Shown here piece after piece: positions 24,440 to 36,251 of a DNA stretch of 64,000 nucleotides. The position numbers and the translations under genes are program-made. The DNA comes from Blepharisma stoltei ATCC 30299 (Eukaryota; Protista; Ciliophora). The stretch lies in the NCBI GenBank assembly GCA_965603825.1, contig CBFDEM010000053.1, positions 1,302,001 through 1,366,000 on the forward strand, given 5' to 3'. The notes below the pieces were generated by a model. That model searched no databases and was not told the origin of the DNA. It saw nothing but the letters and a program-made list of their open reading frames with translations. The stretch's first letter is position 1; each line of letters begins with the position of its first letter.

Positions 24440-26104
24440 TTAATTAATCTTACCCACTAGCTTAACTTTACCTTGATATAAAATTTCAAACTTCCCTGTA
24501 TCACATATTGGGCTATCTTTTCTATCAACTACCACTTTAACTAAATCTGCTAGCACTTGCTTAACAAGTAACTCAGTCACAGGAGTGCTATAATCCATTG
24601 CTGGGCTTGAATTTATTTCTATTAGCCATGGTTTTAAATTTTCATCTATCATAAAATCATAGCCAAGGATTTCAAACGATTTTCTTCTCCCAAAATTTCC
24701 AACGGACAAAATCGTGGCTTTCACTATTTCTTTTATTTTTAAAAATATTTCACTCCACATGTCTCTTCCGTAAATAGAGAATAACTGTTCTTTAAATCGA
24801 TCAATATGCCACATGCAGCCATCTTCAATTCCATCAAACGCTTCAGAGTTTTTAGAAATGCTGTTATTTGTTAAATGGACAAATAAGTTGTTAAGATTCT
24901 CAGCATTGTATTTTTCCACGCTGAATCTGAGGTAGCATTCGTTGTAAATCCAAATTATAAGTGGGTCTGAAGAAGAAATTAGCACCCATTGTCGGATGTC
25001 AAATTTTCTTTGGTCGAGCAATAGAGGATTTTCAATATATTTTTGAATTACCCACTTTTCAGAGTTATTTACGTAATTCCTTATATCATTAAGTTCTGAA
25101 AATATAGCAATATCCCTTCCTCTTGATTTCCCCCCTGGTTTTACTATCCATATCTTGCCAGTCCCATTAATGAAAAACTGAGGGTCAGCCTCTGAAAGTC
25201 TTTCAAGACAAGATTTCGCTAAGTTCATCAGCTTATCTGTTTCTTCCAACGAGTCAATTTTGAGCTCTTTCAAATAGCTTGAAACATCAAACGGAGTATT
25301 TGAAATCAGATTCCTTCATTCCACATTAGACATCAAAGTCATCTGCTCACCACCTGTATTTCTCCTATTAAAATCAATCCACCTTTCTAAAATTACTATA
25401 CACAGCACCAATTTTTCCATCAAAAACTCATCATTTTTTTCCAAAAATTGTTTAACTCTTCCTGTAATCCTTAAAATCTTATAGTGCTCTAAAAACTCAT
25501 TCATTTCATCCTTAAGTTTAAAACACCTTGGGAAAAATTGGGAAGAGCCTGATTTAGGAGCATTCAGTCGTTTTAAGTTAGAACAAAGCCTTCATTTAGT
25601 AACAAGTTCTTGGTTTTTAGGGAAATGGTTGCAAACTTGCCAATCTTTTATTAAGATTGGCACTTTCCCTTTTCTTGATCACAAAAAATCATAAAATGTG
25701 CTGTTTACATCTGTATTTTCAGCCCAGCCTCTTTCAAGAAGTGCTGCTCGAATATCAGGGTATTCTCCGTTTATGATGAAAACTTTGCAGTCTTTTGAAA
25801 ATCCATGAGCGGCTTTTCATGAATCTAGGCTAGTTAGTTTTCTCTGAATAGCATTTGAAGTAGAAATTGGCTTAATTTTTTCAGCTGCCTTAGGATTTAA
25901 ATGACTAGACTTTAATTTAACTTGCGCCATGCTATTAGATCGAGACATTGGCGGTTCTTCAGCTGCTGAATTTTTTGATTTTTTAATAGAATTATCATCT
26001 TTAGATTTGGTAGGGGCTTTTATTTCTTCCTCATTTGAGTCCATAGTAGGCTTTTTAGGCTTTATGGTGTTTTCTTCAACAAGAGGTTTCCTTTCTGAAA
26101 GCAT
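24440..26104 (-). CDS. Tubulin-tyrosine-ligase-like protein, TTLL3/8 glycylase type (about 554 aa)
   Basis: One frame via TGA. YPDIRAALLERGW, NHFPK, FFPRCF, WIVKPGGKSRGR, QKYIENPLL, KFDIRQW, HLTNNSI, FEILGYDF and WLIEINSSP. Confidence 0.9.
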
Positions 26105-26151
26105 ATTAATAAAAGTTACAAAATAAAATTCTTTTTAATAAGATAATCAAT

Positions 26152-27348
26152 TTAATTATTTCTATAATCTATCTGATGCCCAAAAAATAATACATATCCT
26201 GCATCGATATTAGGGTACTGATGGTTATCATTCATTTCTGTCATTCGTGATTCTGGGTTAATTAGCTTCACATACACAAATTTGCCTGAGAAAATTTCTA
26301 TCAAGCTTATCCGGATTTTATTGCAGCTCCTCTTTGTGAATTTTCCCCAAATCATTGGTTTCAATGCATTTTGGGTCCAATTGAATATCATGCACTGATA
26401 TCCTTCTTCTTTTTCTTCAATAAAAGAATACTGCTTCGGGATTTTTATATCATTTTCTTGCAAATTTTGTATATCGTCTACAGTAAATAAATTGTCATAA
26501 GCCTTTAACTCTTCACTTTCTATATCAATGCTACTATCACTTATGAAAGCCATAAAAGTTTCCACTGGACATGTGAAATTCCCTTCACGGCTGAATTCGA
26601 GAGCCCTTATTGAAGCTACAATGCTGCTGTTTTCTACAGCTGTGTAGTCTATAGGCTGGATTAAGACGTAAGGGTCTTTTTCATTTCTCCTGTACTTCTC
26701 AATTTTAGGCTCATGCTTCACTAAGACTTTGTAAATTCTTTCATATTCTTTCATTGCATCGCGCTTAGCTTTTGTGCTTCTAATATTATCAGTAAAAATG
26801 CGTCCAGCTTCCCTCCAAGCCTGCTTATAGATTTGTTCCTCATAATAGCTAGGCTCATCCCCTTCATCTAAAACATGATGTGGATAAATTTCTTTCAAGA
26901 TCCTATTTTTCCTTACCAGTGATACAGCTTCATGACGAATTCTTTCATAATCTTGAAAATCCAATGTAGAAGAAAGTACGCCAGCTATATTCAGATTGAG
27001 TTTATTATCTCTCGTACAATAGCCAGGACCATTCTCATGGAACAATGAGTCAACCCACCAAATCACTTCGTCTTCGTCAACACCGCCAGTTGTGGCAAAG
27101 CCTGTAAATTTCAATTTTTCTATACTTGATCTATGAAGCGCTTTGCTCAAAAGATCTTCTGTTTTTACTTTTGATAGACAGAGAGATTTTGATAGATGGA
27201 AAACATTGGATAGATATCGAGAAAGATTGTAGGGGTGTCGGGAAATTGAAAGAAAGTCTCGATTCAACAAGCTAAAGCTGAGAAAAACTTCAGGGATAGA
27301 AAGATACTGCATAATTTCACCTAAAAGTGCATCTGGGAGGATTTCCAT
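26152..27348 (-). CDS. Protein with an N-terminal F-box-like motif
   Basis: MEILPDALLGEIMQYLSIPEV; uninterrupted 398-aa ORF. Confidence 0.65.
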   Translation of the reverse strand: MEILPDALLGEIMQYLSIPEVFLSFSLLNRDFLSISRHPYNLSRYLSNVFHLSKSLCLSKVKTEDLLSKALHRSSIEKLKFTGFATTGGVDEDEVIWWVDSLFHENGPGYCTRDNKLNLNIAGVLSSTLDFQDYERIRHEAVSLVRKNRILKEIYPHHVLDEGDEPSYYEEQIYKQAWREAGRIFTDNIRSTKAKRDAMKEYERIYKVLVKHEPKIEKYRRNEKDPYVLIQPIDYTAVENSSIVASIRALEFSREGNFTCPVETFMAFISDSSIDIESEELKAYDNLFTVDDIQNLQENDIKIPKQYSFIEEKEEGYQCMIFNWTQNALKPMIWGKFTKRSCNKIRISLIEIFSGKFVYVKLINPESRMTEMNDNHQYPNIDAGYVLFFGHQIDYRNN

Positions 27349-27747
27349 GATTTTATTATTAATTATTGTGTTTCTTTAATTTTTATCCCCAAAAACTCAA
27401 AATTTAAACCTAAATGTGTTTAGATAGATAAAATGCAATATAATTTTTCTAAAATTTTGGTATAATTTTTAAAAGTTATGAATTAATAAAGCCTTAAGCT
27501 TTAAAAACACGTACCAAAATTATGATATTTTTCTCATTAAAATTCTTCAATGGGCTATATTTTGTGATCTCATTCTTGACATTACTTTCCTTTGCCATAT
27601 CCCAAGATGACACTCGTGAAGAAACACAAAATAAAATTGGATTGTGCTTTTTTTTCTGGTAAAAACAAAGATAAATATTGAGCAAATAGAATTTAAACAT
27701 TTTTGCAGTCTTTTTTAAAAGATATGCTAATTTCTGCAAAATAAAAA

Positions 27748-27850
27748 GCATGATTTTGCAGTGCGTACAGACAGTAACGACTGAAGATGCACTTAATTCT
27801 GTGGAAAACTCTTATTACATAAGAAAAAGAGGCTCATTCGCTAACAATCA
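27748..27850 (+). ncRNA. Candidate two-hairpin small RNA (H/ACA-like)
   Basis: Two stems with internal loops, then ACA at 27844-27846 and a T6 run, in an unusually long intergenic gap. No canonical H box. Confidence 0.3.
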
Positions 27851-27910
27851 TTTTTTATAAATAAATTATTTTTAATAGAGATGATAACGGTTCAAAGAAT
27901 TTCAATAATT

Positions 27911-29393
27911 TTAAGCATGCATAACTGCCCTTATTAAATTAGAATAGTTGTTCACACAAGAAATTATTGCCTCTTGGGAAATTTTTTCTTTCCAAGAGAC
28001 TTCTTCTATGATAAATTTTCCTGTTCCATATGGCGCTACTTTTGAAAAAATACTATATTGCTCACTATTATCATTATTTTGAGCCAAAAATTGACTTAAC
28101 AAATCTCTTGGGATTGGCTCATTTAAAGAATAATATTTTTTTGTCTCTTTCGGCAAATTTTTAGGAAAAAGATAAAGAAAATAATGATAATCTTCAATAA
28201 TATTTTTTCTAAGAAGCCATGTTAAAACAGTGATCAATTTTTTGCCTTTAATTTTGTTAACCTCTAAATCCCTCAACATTATTGGAGACTGAAGCTTATT
28301 CAATAAGTCTGCAAAACTGCCAACTTTCCCTTGAAAAACTCTATCAAACTCTCCGTTAAGCACTTGCGTGTATTTTCAATTAGGCCCAACAGCAATTATG
28401 CTGTTTAAGCCTAGTGCTGGAATTATTTTTGCCTTTTTTCAAAACACTAGGTGCTGAGCTGCAGGGAAAAGGGAACTGTATGGAATTTCAAGTTCGTTGT
28501 TTATATCTTCAAAGCTTTTTATAGGGTTTCTGAAATGCTTTACCATTAATGACAAAATAGAAGACGTAAAAGGCCCAAGCTGCTCTTGGATTCTGAGTTA
28601 AAATTACTTATCGTAGAAGTCCAGCAATAAAAGGGAATGGTATGGCTTGATCTCAGGAATGTTATATTCGGGGGAAATTTGGAGATTGCATACAAGCCAG
28701 TTGTTTATGAATAGTCGGCATTCCCTATTAGATGAAACTGAAGAATAGATTTCTTGCAAATGCTTCGCTAGAAGACTTTCCTGCAAGGCACTAAGGACAA
28801 AAGACTCTTCATCATCAGTTGTGCTACTTATAGATTTCAATTTCGAAATTTCTGTGCTCAAAAAATTAGTCCTCTGATGTTCAAATTTCAAGGTTGTGTC
28901 TAATTATAAGATACTAAACCTAATTATGGCATCACGAATTCCTTGATGATATGCAAGCAGTGGAGAATCCATATCAAACACCATAATCACATTGAATGCA
29001 GAAATCTGTTCTTTTGTTTCTTTAATATCTTGCTCTATAAGTCTTAAGGACTTCGATCTTAAAATCCTTGATTTTTTCTTTAGCTTTGAGCCTAGAGAAA
29101 TTGGGTATCCAATGAATCTTATTGATTCTATTGAGATATCCATAACTATATCTCATAGCTCTCGTTTTGGACATAATAAATCAGCAAGAACTGAGCATGG
29201 AAATCCAAGGACACTTTTGTTTCGGTCTAGCTAGATTTGCATTACCTTCTGAAGAAATCGCACTAAGACTGCTATTGAAGTGGACACTGTCGAAGTATGT
29301 GCAATGCTCTTTATAGATTGTATGAGGGTAACCGAAAATTATTTCTCTACCACTATGTACACCTTTGCAGGCAAAAAGGATTCCTTGCATCAT
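27911..29393 (-). CDS. NPRL3: GATOR1 subunit NPR3/NPRL3-like (about 477 aa, three introns)
   Basis: HSGREIIFGYP, LADLLCPKREL-W..IRFIGYP, FNVIMV, LKFEHQRTNFLSTE, IKPYHSLLLL and AQHLVF-W(TGA)-KKAKII match NPRL3 motifs; introns 28593-28607, 28900-28914 and about 29227-29245. Confidence 0.85.
28593..28607 (-). other. 15-nt intron GTAATTTTAACTCAG
   Basis: GT-AG ends, A at -6, in-frame TAA. Confidence 0.88.
28900..28914 (-). other. 15-nt intron GTATCTTATAATTAG
   Basis: GT-AG ends, A at -6, in-frame TAA. Confidence 0.88.
29227..29245 (-). other. Probable 19-nt intron GTAATGCAAATCTAGCTAG (tandem acceptors)
   Basis: A net 3n+1 removal is needed to join the NPR3 N-terminus to the next conserved block; the distal AG provides it. 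Confidence 0.6.
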
Positions 29394-29566
29394 TTTTTGT
29401 ATTTAATTTAAATAATGCATAAAAGTTATATTTCAAACTTATGTCTATTTTATTTAAATTATGATTTAGAATTCTGTCAAAATATTTTATTTAAATCTCA
29501 AGATAAAGAACATATAAATTTAGCTGAAATTAAAATTTTCTTTAATCCAGAAATTATAAGCATATA

Positions 29567-30523
29567 ATGGAAGGGGAGAGGAAAACTCGTATGCCAAGCA
29601 ACAACCCTATCAAGCAGCAAAGGCTAAAAGGATATCAGCCAGTCCATACACTCCAGTCAACAATCTTGATTCTACTAGTCATTGGAGTTCTTTTCTTTAT
29701 TTTTGGCGTTGCTCTATACCTTGAAGCTGATAAAGCAATAGAAATCACCCAAAGATATGATGATTTGCCTGAATGCCAAGTGTCATTAGATAATTCCACT
29801 ACTTGCCGAGTAGCGCTTGACATAAAATTCGATATGAAAAAGCCTGTTTTTCTTTATTACCAGATGAGGTATTTTTATCAAAATTATCGAACTTATGTTA
29901 AATCTAAATCTTGGACACAGCTCCGAGGAGATGATATTGACTCAACAAAACTTGCAGACTGTGACCCAGTTGAGTATGTCAAAGATCTGAATGTCAAAAG
30001 CAGCCTGAACGGAGAAATATTGGATTCTGAATCTGTAGCCAACCCATGCGGCTTAGTTGCAAAGAGCTTTTTCAATGATACTTATGCATTTTATAATGCT
30101 AGTAATGACCAAATACCTATTAGAGAAACAGGGATTGCATTAGAATCTGATTTCGAAACATTTATCAATTCTGACAATTACAAAACGATTCAATGGATTG
30201 ATAAAGAAGACGAGCATTTTATTAATTGGATGAAAATAGCTGCTATGAGAAAATTCTGGAAACTTTGGGGAGTTGTTGACCAAGATATCAAGGCTGGACA
30301 ATACTTTGTCGATATTACTAATAATTATGATGTCTCAAAATGGGGAGGAGAAAAAGCGGTTGTCCTAACTACTGTAAATGCATTAGGGGCGAAGAACTTT
30401 TTCTTAGGATCAGTGTTCCTTTGTGCAGGCATCCTCTGCTGTATAGCTACTGTATTCTTTTGCAGTATGGGAGTTATGTCAGAGAAGAGAATTATTGAAG
30501 GCGACCATCTTAAATGGAAATAA
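29567..30523 (+). CDS. CDC50: CDC50/LEM3 (P4-ATPase flippase beta subunit)
   Basis: KQQRLKGYQP, first TM, FYQNYRTYVKSKS..QL.G, PCGLVAKSFFNDTY, EHFINWMK, GAKNFFLG and second TM. Confidence 0.95.
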   Translation: MEGERKTRMPSNNPIKQQRLKGYQPVHTLQSTILILLVIGVLFFIFGVALYLEADKAIEITQRYDDLPECQVSLDNSTTCRVALDIKFDMKKPVFLYYQMRYFYQNYRTYVKSKSWTQLRGDDIDSTKLADCDPVEYVKDLNVKSSLNGEILDSESVANPCGLVAKSFFNDTYAFYNASNDQIPIRETGIALESDFETFINSDNYKTIQWIDKEDEHFINWMKIAAMRKFWKLWGVVDQDIKAGQYFVDITNNYDVSKWGGEKAVVLTTVNALGAKNFFLGSVFLCAGILCCIATVFFCSMGVMSEKRIIEGDHLKWK

Positions 30524-30542
30524 CCATAAAATTAAATCTCAG

Positions 30543-31937
30543 TTATTTTGCTTTATACAAACGATTCCTTAGAGGAATCTCTAGATTTGGCTTGCAGCTT
30601 TCAAGAGTACTACTTGGAGATTTTGGAACTGTATATGGTGTCTGTATATTCGATTTGTGCCCTAATCTGTTTATTTTGACTGAAGTCAATGGTTTTGGCC
30701 TTATGAGCTTTTTACCAATATTTACTGGAGACTGAAATCCTTTTTCGTGGTCAGAATTCTCAGTTTCTTTCAGTAGAAATTCATCCATGGTTGTTTCTGT
30801 CGTGATTTTTCTTTCAGCATTTTCAAGTTTTTTATCTATAGAAAAGTACTCGTTTGGGTTATTTAATGAGCACGCAGATTTCAAACTCCGACTGGGTGGA
30901 GTTGATAAGATTCTTTTGCCACTTTCCATTGTATTGAAAATCTGCTCATTGAGAATAGCGATCCTATCATTATGAGAATCAAATTGCTGGTCCATAGTTA
31001 ACTTATCAGTGTCTTTGGCAAGAAGTGAAAACTCTGACAGCGGAGAGTTAGGCGATTGTCTGTATATTGGGCTTACTGGGCTGCTAGAAATGACACTTTT
31101 ATAGGCTTGAAGATTGTTTTGGGCTAATATTATATCAAAATGTGTCGGCTTTTGTCCTAGCTCTGTATCAAACAGTTTAGGGGCTTTGCTTTTATTCTGG
31201 ACTATCTCTTCAGCAAATTTCAAAATTATTAGCAAAGCTTCATCCCACTGCCCAGTCAATAGAAACTCTTTGTATTTATTTATATGCTTTGCATGTTGTT
31301 TAAAAGCAATGAGAAAATCTTGATTTTTTTGCAGGTTTTCTAGGAATAAAAGTCCATGAAATACAATGTCGCTAGCTAGAGGGCTATTTTCTAAATCTTT
31401 CGTAGAAGTCTGGTTTCTGCTCGTTTCTAGCTCTTCTTTCAGTACTTCATTAGCCTGTCACAGCTGTTTTCACATATTGTCATCAGTTTGGCTATTTCTT
31501 AAATTTTCATAATAGTCACATTTTAATTGCAGATCTTTTATTTTCTCATCTTTGCACTGAGAAACTTTTACAGCGTCTTGATATTTAGAGAAAGCAAAAT
31601 CTAGCTGCTTTGCCTTGGTTTCAAGAACCTTATTTTGGCTTGCAAGCGCAGTAAGCGTCTTTTGCAGTTCTTTGTATTTATCTTTAAGGGTGTTATAAGA
31701 CTCAATTGTAGAGTCAAGAGTAAGCTGGAGGCTTTTTTTTTCTTTTTTCAGCTTGGATATGACGGTACTTGCTTTGGTCAGATCTGTGTGCATTGCTTGG
31801 AGATATTCATTATTCATTGCTGGGATCTTTTGAGGAGTTGTTATTGATCCAGGATCAAATGAACTGGAATATGACTTATGATGCACTATGTTGGACATGG
31901 AGCGTTCTGAGTTAGCAAAATCTTGCTCTCTATACAT
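30543..31937 (-). CDS. Coiled-coil protein (about 464 aa)
   Basis: Two fragments joined in frame through two TGA codons; no TAA or TAG between them. Confidence 0.7.
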
Positions 31938-32031
31938 TATTTCTTATCGTTATTTTAAATTTATTAGTTCGAAATGATTTTCTAAGCCAGCATCTTTCCA
32001 AGTAGCGATATATAATAATTTACCTAATAAA

Positions 32032-33483
32032 ATGTTTCGACTCAAGGCAAAAAGACTCACAAAAATCATTGGAACTCTTGACGAAGACGCCCTGATGTAC
32101 GAAGAAAACATCATAAGCGAAATGATCGAGTCCGGCATGGACATTGCACGCATTGAGCTGCTTCATCACAACTACAAAGCCTATTCTACACTTATAGAGA
32201 GGCTTTACAAAGTCGCTTCAAGCATGAATGCAATTATAGCGATCCTTCTTGAAATCCCTGCAAATAATAGAACTGTTTTCGTACCTTCTGACTATACTGT
32301 GGAAAAGGATAGAGAGCTCACTATTGCAGTTGGTAAAAGAAGCAATCAAGAATTCAAAGAAAACGAAGACGAAGACGACAAAATGTTTATCAGCATAAAC
32401 GTCCTTGGCTCAGAAGTAAATGAAGGCCAAACCATCATATTTGGAGACGAAGTTAGTGGGGAAATTATATCTGTAAATCCTGAAGAAATCAGAGTTCTAA
32501 TTAAAAACGATGGGATCATTTATAACAGATCAAGAGTTTACATTAATGGCTCATGCAAATATGCAGTCAATTTCTCTGAAATACAGCAGAAACATTTAGA
32601 TTTTATCGCGACCACAAATGTGGATTTTATCACTTTTGTGTTTTCAAAAGAACATTTTAGCGATGAGCTTGCATTTATACAAGAGAAACTTGTGGGGAAA
32701 GAGATCAAGCTTCTGTGCAAGATTGAGAAACAGCTAGAAAATGAGTATCTGTATGAGTTTATTGAAAAAACTAATGGAATTGTAATTGCAAGGTATCCGA
32801 TGGGCTCAGAGATGCCGATTGAACGAATTTGCACGTATCAAAAAGAAGTAATTGCAGCATGTCGACAAAGAGCTAAGCCAGTCCTTGTAAGTGGGCATGT
32901 GCTAGGAAGCTTAAGAAGCCTCCCATACCCGTTAAGAGCTGATGCCTGTGATGTCTATAACGGGGTAATTGATGGAATTGATGGCTTTATATTATCCTCA
33001 GAAATACTGCAGGAAGATAACTGAAGGAATACCTTAGAAATGCTCACAAACATACTGGCAACTGCAGAGTCCTCAATTGAGTACCGTTCTTCTTTCCAAA
33101 AGATATGGATTGCAAGCATGAAGCCAAGTATTGCAGAGTCAATTGCATCAAGTGCCATTAAAACTTGTATTGAGCTTGAAGCAAATTATATATTATGCTT
33201 AGCAGAGCATGGAAGAGCACCTAGACTTCTATCTAAATATAAGCCTCCTGTTCCTATTATTACAATATCAAGTCTTATAAAAACAGTTCAGCAAAGCTTA
33301 ATACATAGAGGGACTGTGCCTATACTTGGTGAGAAACTGGATTATAAGCAGGCGTTGACCAATGCTGTTGAAATGATCAGATCTAATACTGACCATAACT
33401 GCATCGTTGTAGTTGTTACAGAACTTATGGATTCTGCCAAACATTTTAATGAACAGATGGGAGTTCTTACCATTGAACAATAA
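32032..33483 (+). CDS. Pyruvate-kinase-like protein, divergent and probably catalytically inactive (about 483 aa)
   Basis: PK motif order is retained (TKIIGT, GMDIARI, KIE, GIVIAR, QK.VI..C, KPV, DG.D..ILS.E, C-domain LLSKYKP) but catalytic motifs are degenerate; one TGA. Confidence 0.85.
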
Positions 33484-33520
33484 CTAATTATTTAGCGAGT
33501 AATTTTATATACATATGATA

Positions 33521-33835
33521 TTAGTATATTATGGAAAAAATACAGGTCTCTGATTTCTTTTTTCTTGGATTCACACTTGGTGTCCGCTTTTTATTAATAG
33601 AAACTGTTGAATTAGTGCTTGCCTCAGAGACACTTATATTTGAGCCTTTTTTAGTAATTTTATTGAAATTTTTTAAAATACAATTGGAATTCTCGATTAA
33701 AACTCCTCTGCAAGATTCTTCGTAAAAAACTGAATTTTGTCGATAAGAGTGCATTTTGTTTGTAGGGAAGTGCTGCTCGCAGTTTTCTTTGTAAAGACTT
33801 GGGAGGAGCCCTATGACTTTTTTGTTGTCTTGCAT
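33521..33835 (-). CDS. Small hypothetical protein (about 104 aa)
   Basis: Open frame between two genes; no recognisable motif. Confidence 0.4.
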   Translation of the reverse strand: MQDNKKVIGLLPSLYKENCEQHFPTNKMHSYRQNSVFYEESCRGVLIENSNCILKNFNKITKKGSNISVSEASTNSTVSINKKRTPSVNPRKKKSETCIFSIIY

Positions 33836-33922
33836 TTCTGTTAATTTCAAAATGTCTGTTAAAAATTGATTCGATGTATTATTATTAGTTTATTAGTGCT
33901 TGATATCGTAAACTGGGTTATA

Positions 33923-34954
33923 TTAGAATCTCACCTGCTCAAATACCTGAGGGTTCCACCCTTGAGGAATCTCAATTTGTCTTGGTGGATGTGCATACAT
34001 CGCATATATTATCATAGGTATTTCTATTGATGGATTCTCACCACCACATAGAGAGCATCCTTCAAGTATCGCATGCGAGTCTAGTGAATACATACACTCA
34101 ATAATAGAGCCCGTTGTTGAAAATTTAGAGCCAATTAAGTGGCGGACTGATGGCAAATCTAGATTTAAAAATACGGCATCAGACTCAGATAATTTTTCAC
34201 CTATGCCAACTCCTCTAGTCCGAACCTCAAGGATTTTTTCCTTAGTAAACCATGTTGAAGTTACAACGCGAAGTCTAACAGTCCTTCACAAAGTGCATGC
34301 TAAATGCGTGATTTTAAGGTTTCCATAGGTATTGTCTGCTTCAATAATAGCACTAGCAACTTGGTCAGGGGTGTATGCATCTTGGCTGAACTTTGATTTA
34401 AAATAAAAAGTACCTTTATTTGTGCAGCAGCCTTCCAGAGGAATTGTTTCTTCTAGAACGATATTAGTTGAAAAAGCTTCTATTTTTTCATAAATATGAA
34501 CTTCTACTTTGTCTTTTAATTTTTTGCGATTTGGTAGAATAAATTTTGACTTGAAATGGTATTCAATACTCGCATGAGTTGATCCTTTTGAGAATGTAAA
34601 AGAGCCTGGAAGTTGATGGGGAAGCCTAAGACTGAATGGAAATGTATAGGATCCTGGAGGAACATTGCAGTTCCAATGATAAATAGGATATCTCACATTA
34701 ATAATAATCTGATGCCCATTGAAGTGCGCAGACTCTGATTTAAGATGTCAATGACTTCGGTCAGCATCTGGAGCGTCACTATATCGCTCTACCCAGTGAG
34801 TTTTTTCAACTCCTTTAAACTGAAGCATGAGTGTGCATGGAGGTAAAGTCTCTTGAAGCATCACATTTATCGCCCCTGTGGCTTCGGATCCTGTCTGAAG
34901 GCATCGGCTTTCTAATTGGATATGCATTCCTCCTTTAACGCTGCTTGTTCCCAT
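33923..34954 (-). CDS. Arrestin-domain protein, copy A (C-terminus shortened by a TAA)
   Basis: LQFKGVEKTHW, PGSYTFPFSLRLPHQLPGSF, ASIEY and STTGSIIECMY; MG- start; one frame via TGA. Confidence 0.85.
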
Positions 34955-35202
34955 TAATTAATATTCCTTATTACATATTTTAAAAATATCCATTTTTGCA
35001 TTTATTCAACAATTAATCTTTATATAGAAATGTTTCTTACGAAGAAAATAATTTTAATAATTTGCTCATTTTTATTATTAATACGATATTTCAACATAAA
35101 TGTTATGTAAACAACAAAAAGTCAATGGCTTATAAATATCGCAATTTTTATATTCCAATACTTCTGAGTCTTAATCAGTAAAATATAGTCTCTCTATATT
35201 CT

Positions 35203-36251
35203 TTAATTATTTCTAGTGTCATAAATTGTATTATATTCAAATTTCACCTGCTCAAACACCTGTGGCTGCCATCCTGGAGGAGGCTCAACTAATCTTGAAG
35301 GTTGAGAATATGCTGCATGAATCATCATGAGCATTTCTTTGAGGGCTCTTCTCCTGTCCCACAAAGGCAGCATCCACCAAGCATAGCATGAGTTTCCAAA
35401 GAATACATGCACTCAATCAGGGTACCTCTTGTAGAATAATGCATAATAATAAGATGAAGGACAGAAGGCAAGTCCAAGTTTATAAAAATTGCATTAGACT
35501 TAGTCAACTTCTCGCAAATTTTATACAAAATAAAAATGTGACTAATCCGACTCATAATTCTCACCTATTGCAAGTCCTCTTGCCCTGATATCAAGGATTT
35601 TTTCTGCACTAACATGCGTTGAAGTCACACATCGTTCTTCAAAAGGCGCAGGCTAGGTGTGATATATTAAATTTTCCGTTAGTATTATCTGCTTCGATTA
35701 TGGCACTCGCAACTTGATTAGAAGTGTATGCATCTTGGCTGAATCTTGAACTTAAATAAAAGCTTCCTTTATCAGAACAATAACAGCTTTAAGGGGCAGT
35801 TATTTTCTAAAAGAATATTCCTTGGATTTTCTCAAAAATATAAATATCAGCCTTATCCTTTAATCTTTTGCCGCTTGGGAGTATAAATTTTGATTTAATT
35901 TTGTATTCAATACTTGCCCTTGCATACTGATGGTTGTTATAAGGTAGCACAAAGCAAAACGGAAAAGTATAACATCCAGCAGAAACATAAGAGTTTCATT
36001 GATAAATGGGGCATTTAAAATTTATGATAACGTAGTATCAATCAAAGTATTCTTCATCTTTGTGGCCAAATCTCCTTTCTCCATCTGGTTTATCTATAAA
36101 AGTTTTTTCTACTCAGCTGAAGGATGAGGCAACAAGGAGGCAATGCTTCATGAAGCATTGCATTTATTGATCCGCTGACTTCCGCTCCTGGCTGAAAGCA
36201 ATGATTTTCAATATAGATATGGATGCCTCCTTTCACACTGCTCGTTCCCAT
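35203..36251 (-). pseudogene. Arrestin-domain pseudogene, copy B
   Basis: Colinear similarity to copies A and C (MGTSSVKGG...QPQVFEQVKFEYN) but with deletions, frame switches and in-frame TAA (e.g. 36090). Confidence 0.85.

Noticed and set aside
27494-27751. 85-aa minus-strand ORF (likewise 55018-55269)
   Set aside because: Intergenic-like composition rich in K, F, I and L, with no domain; likely spurious.
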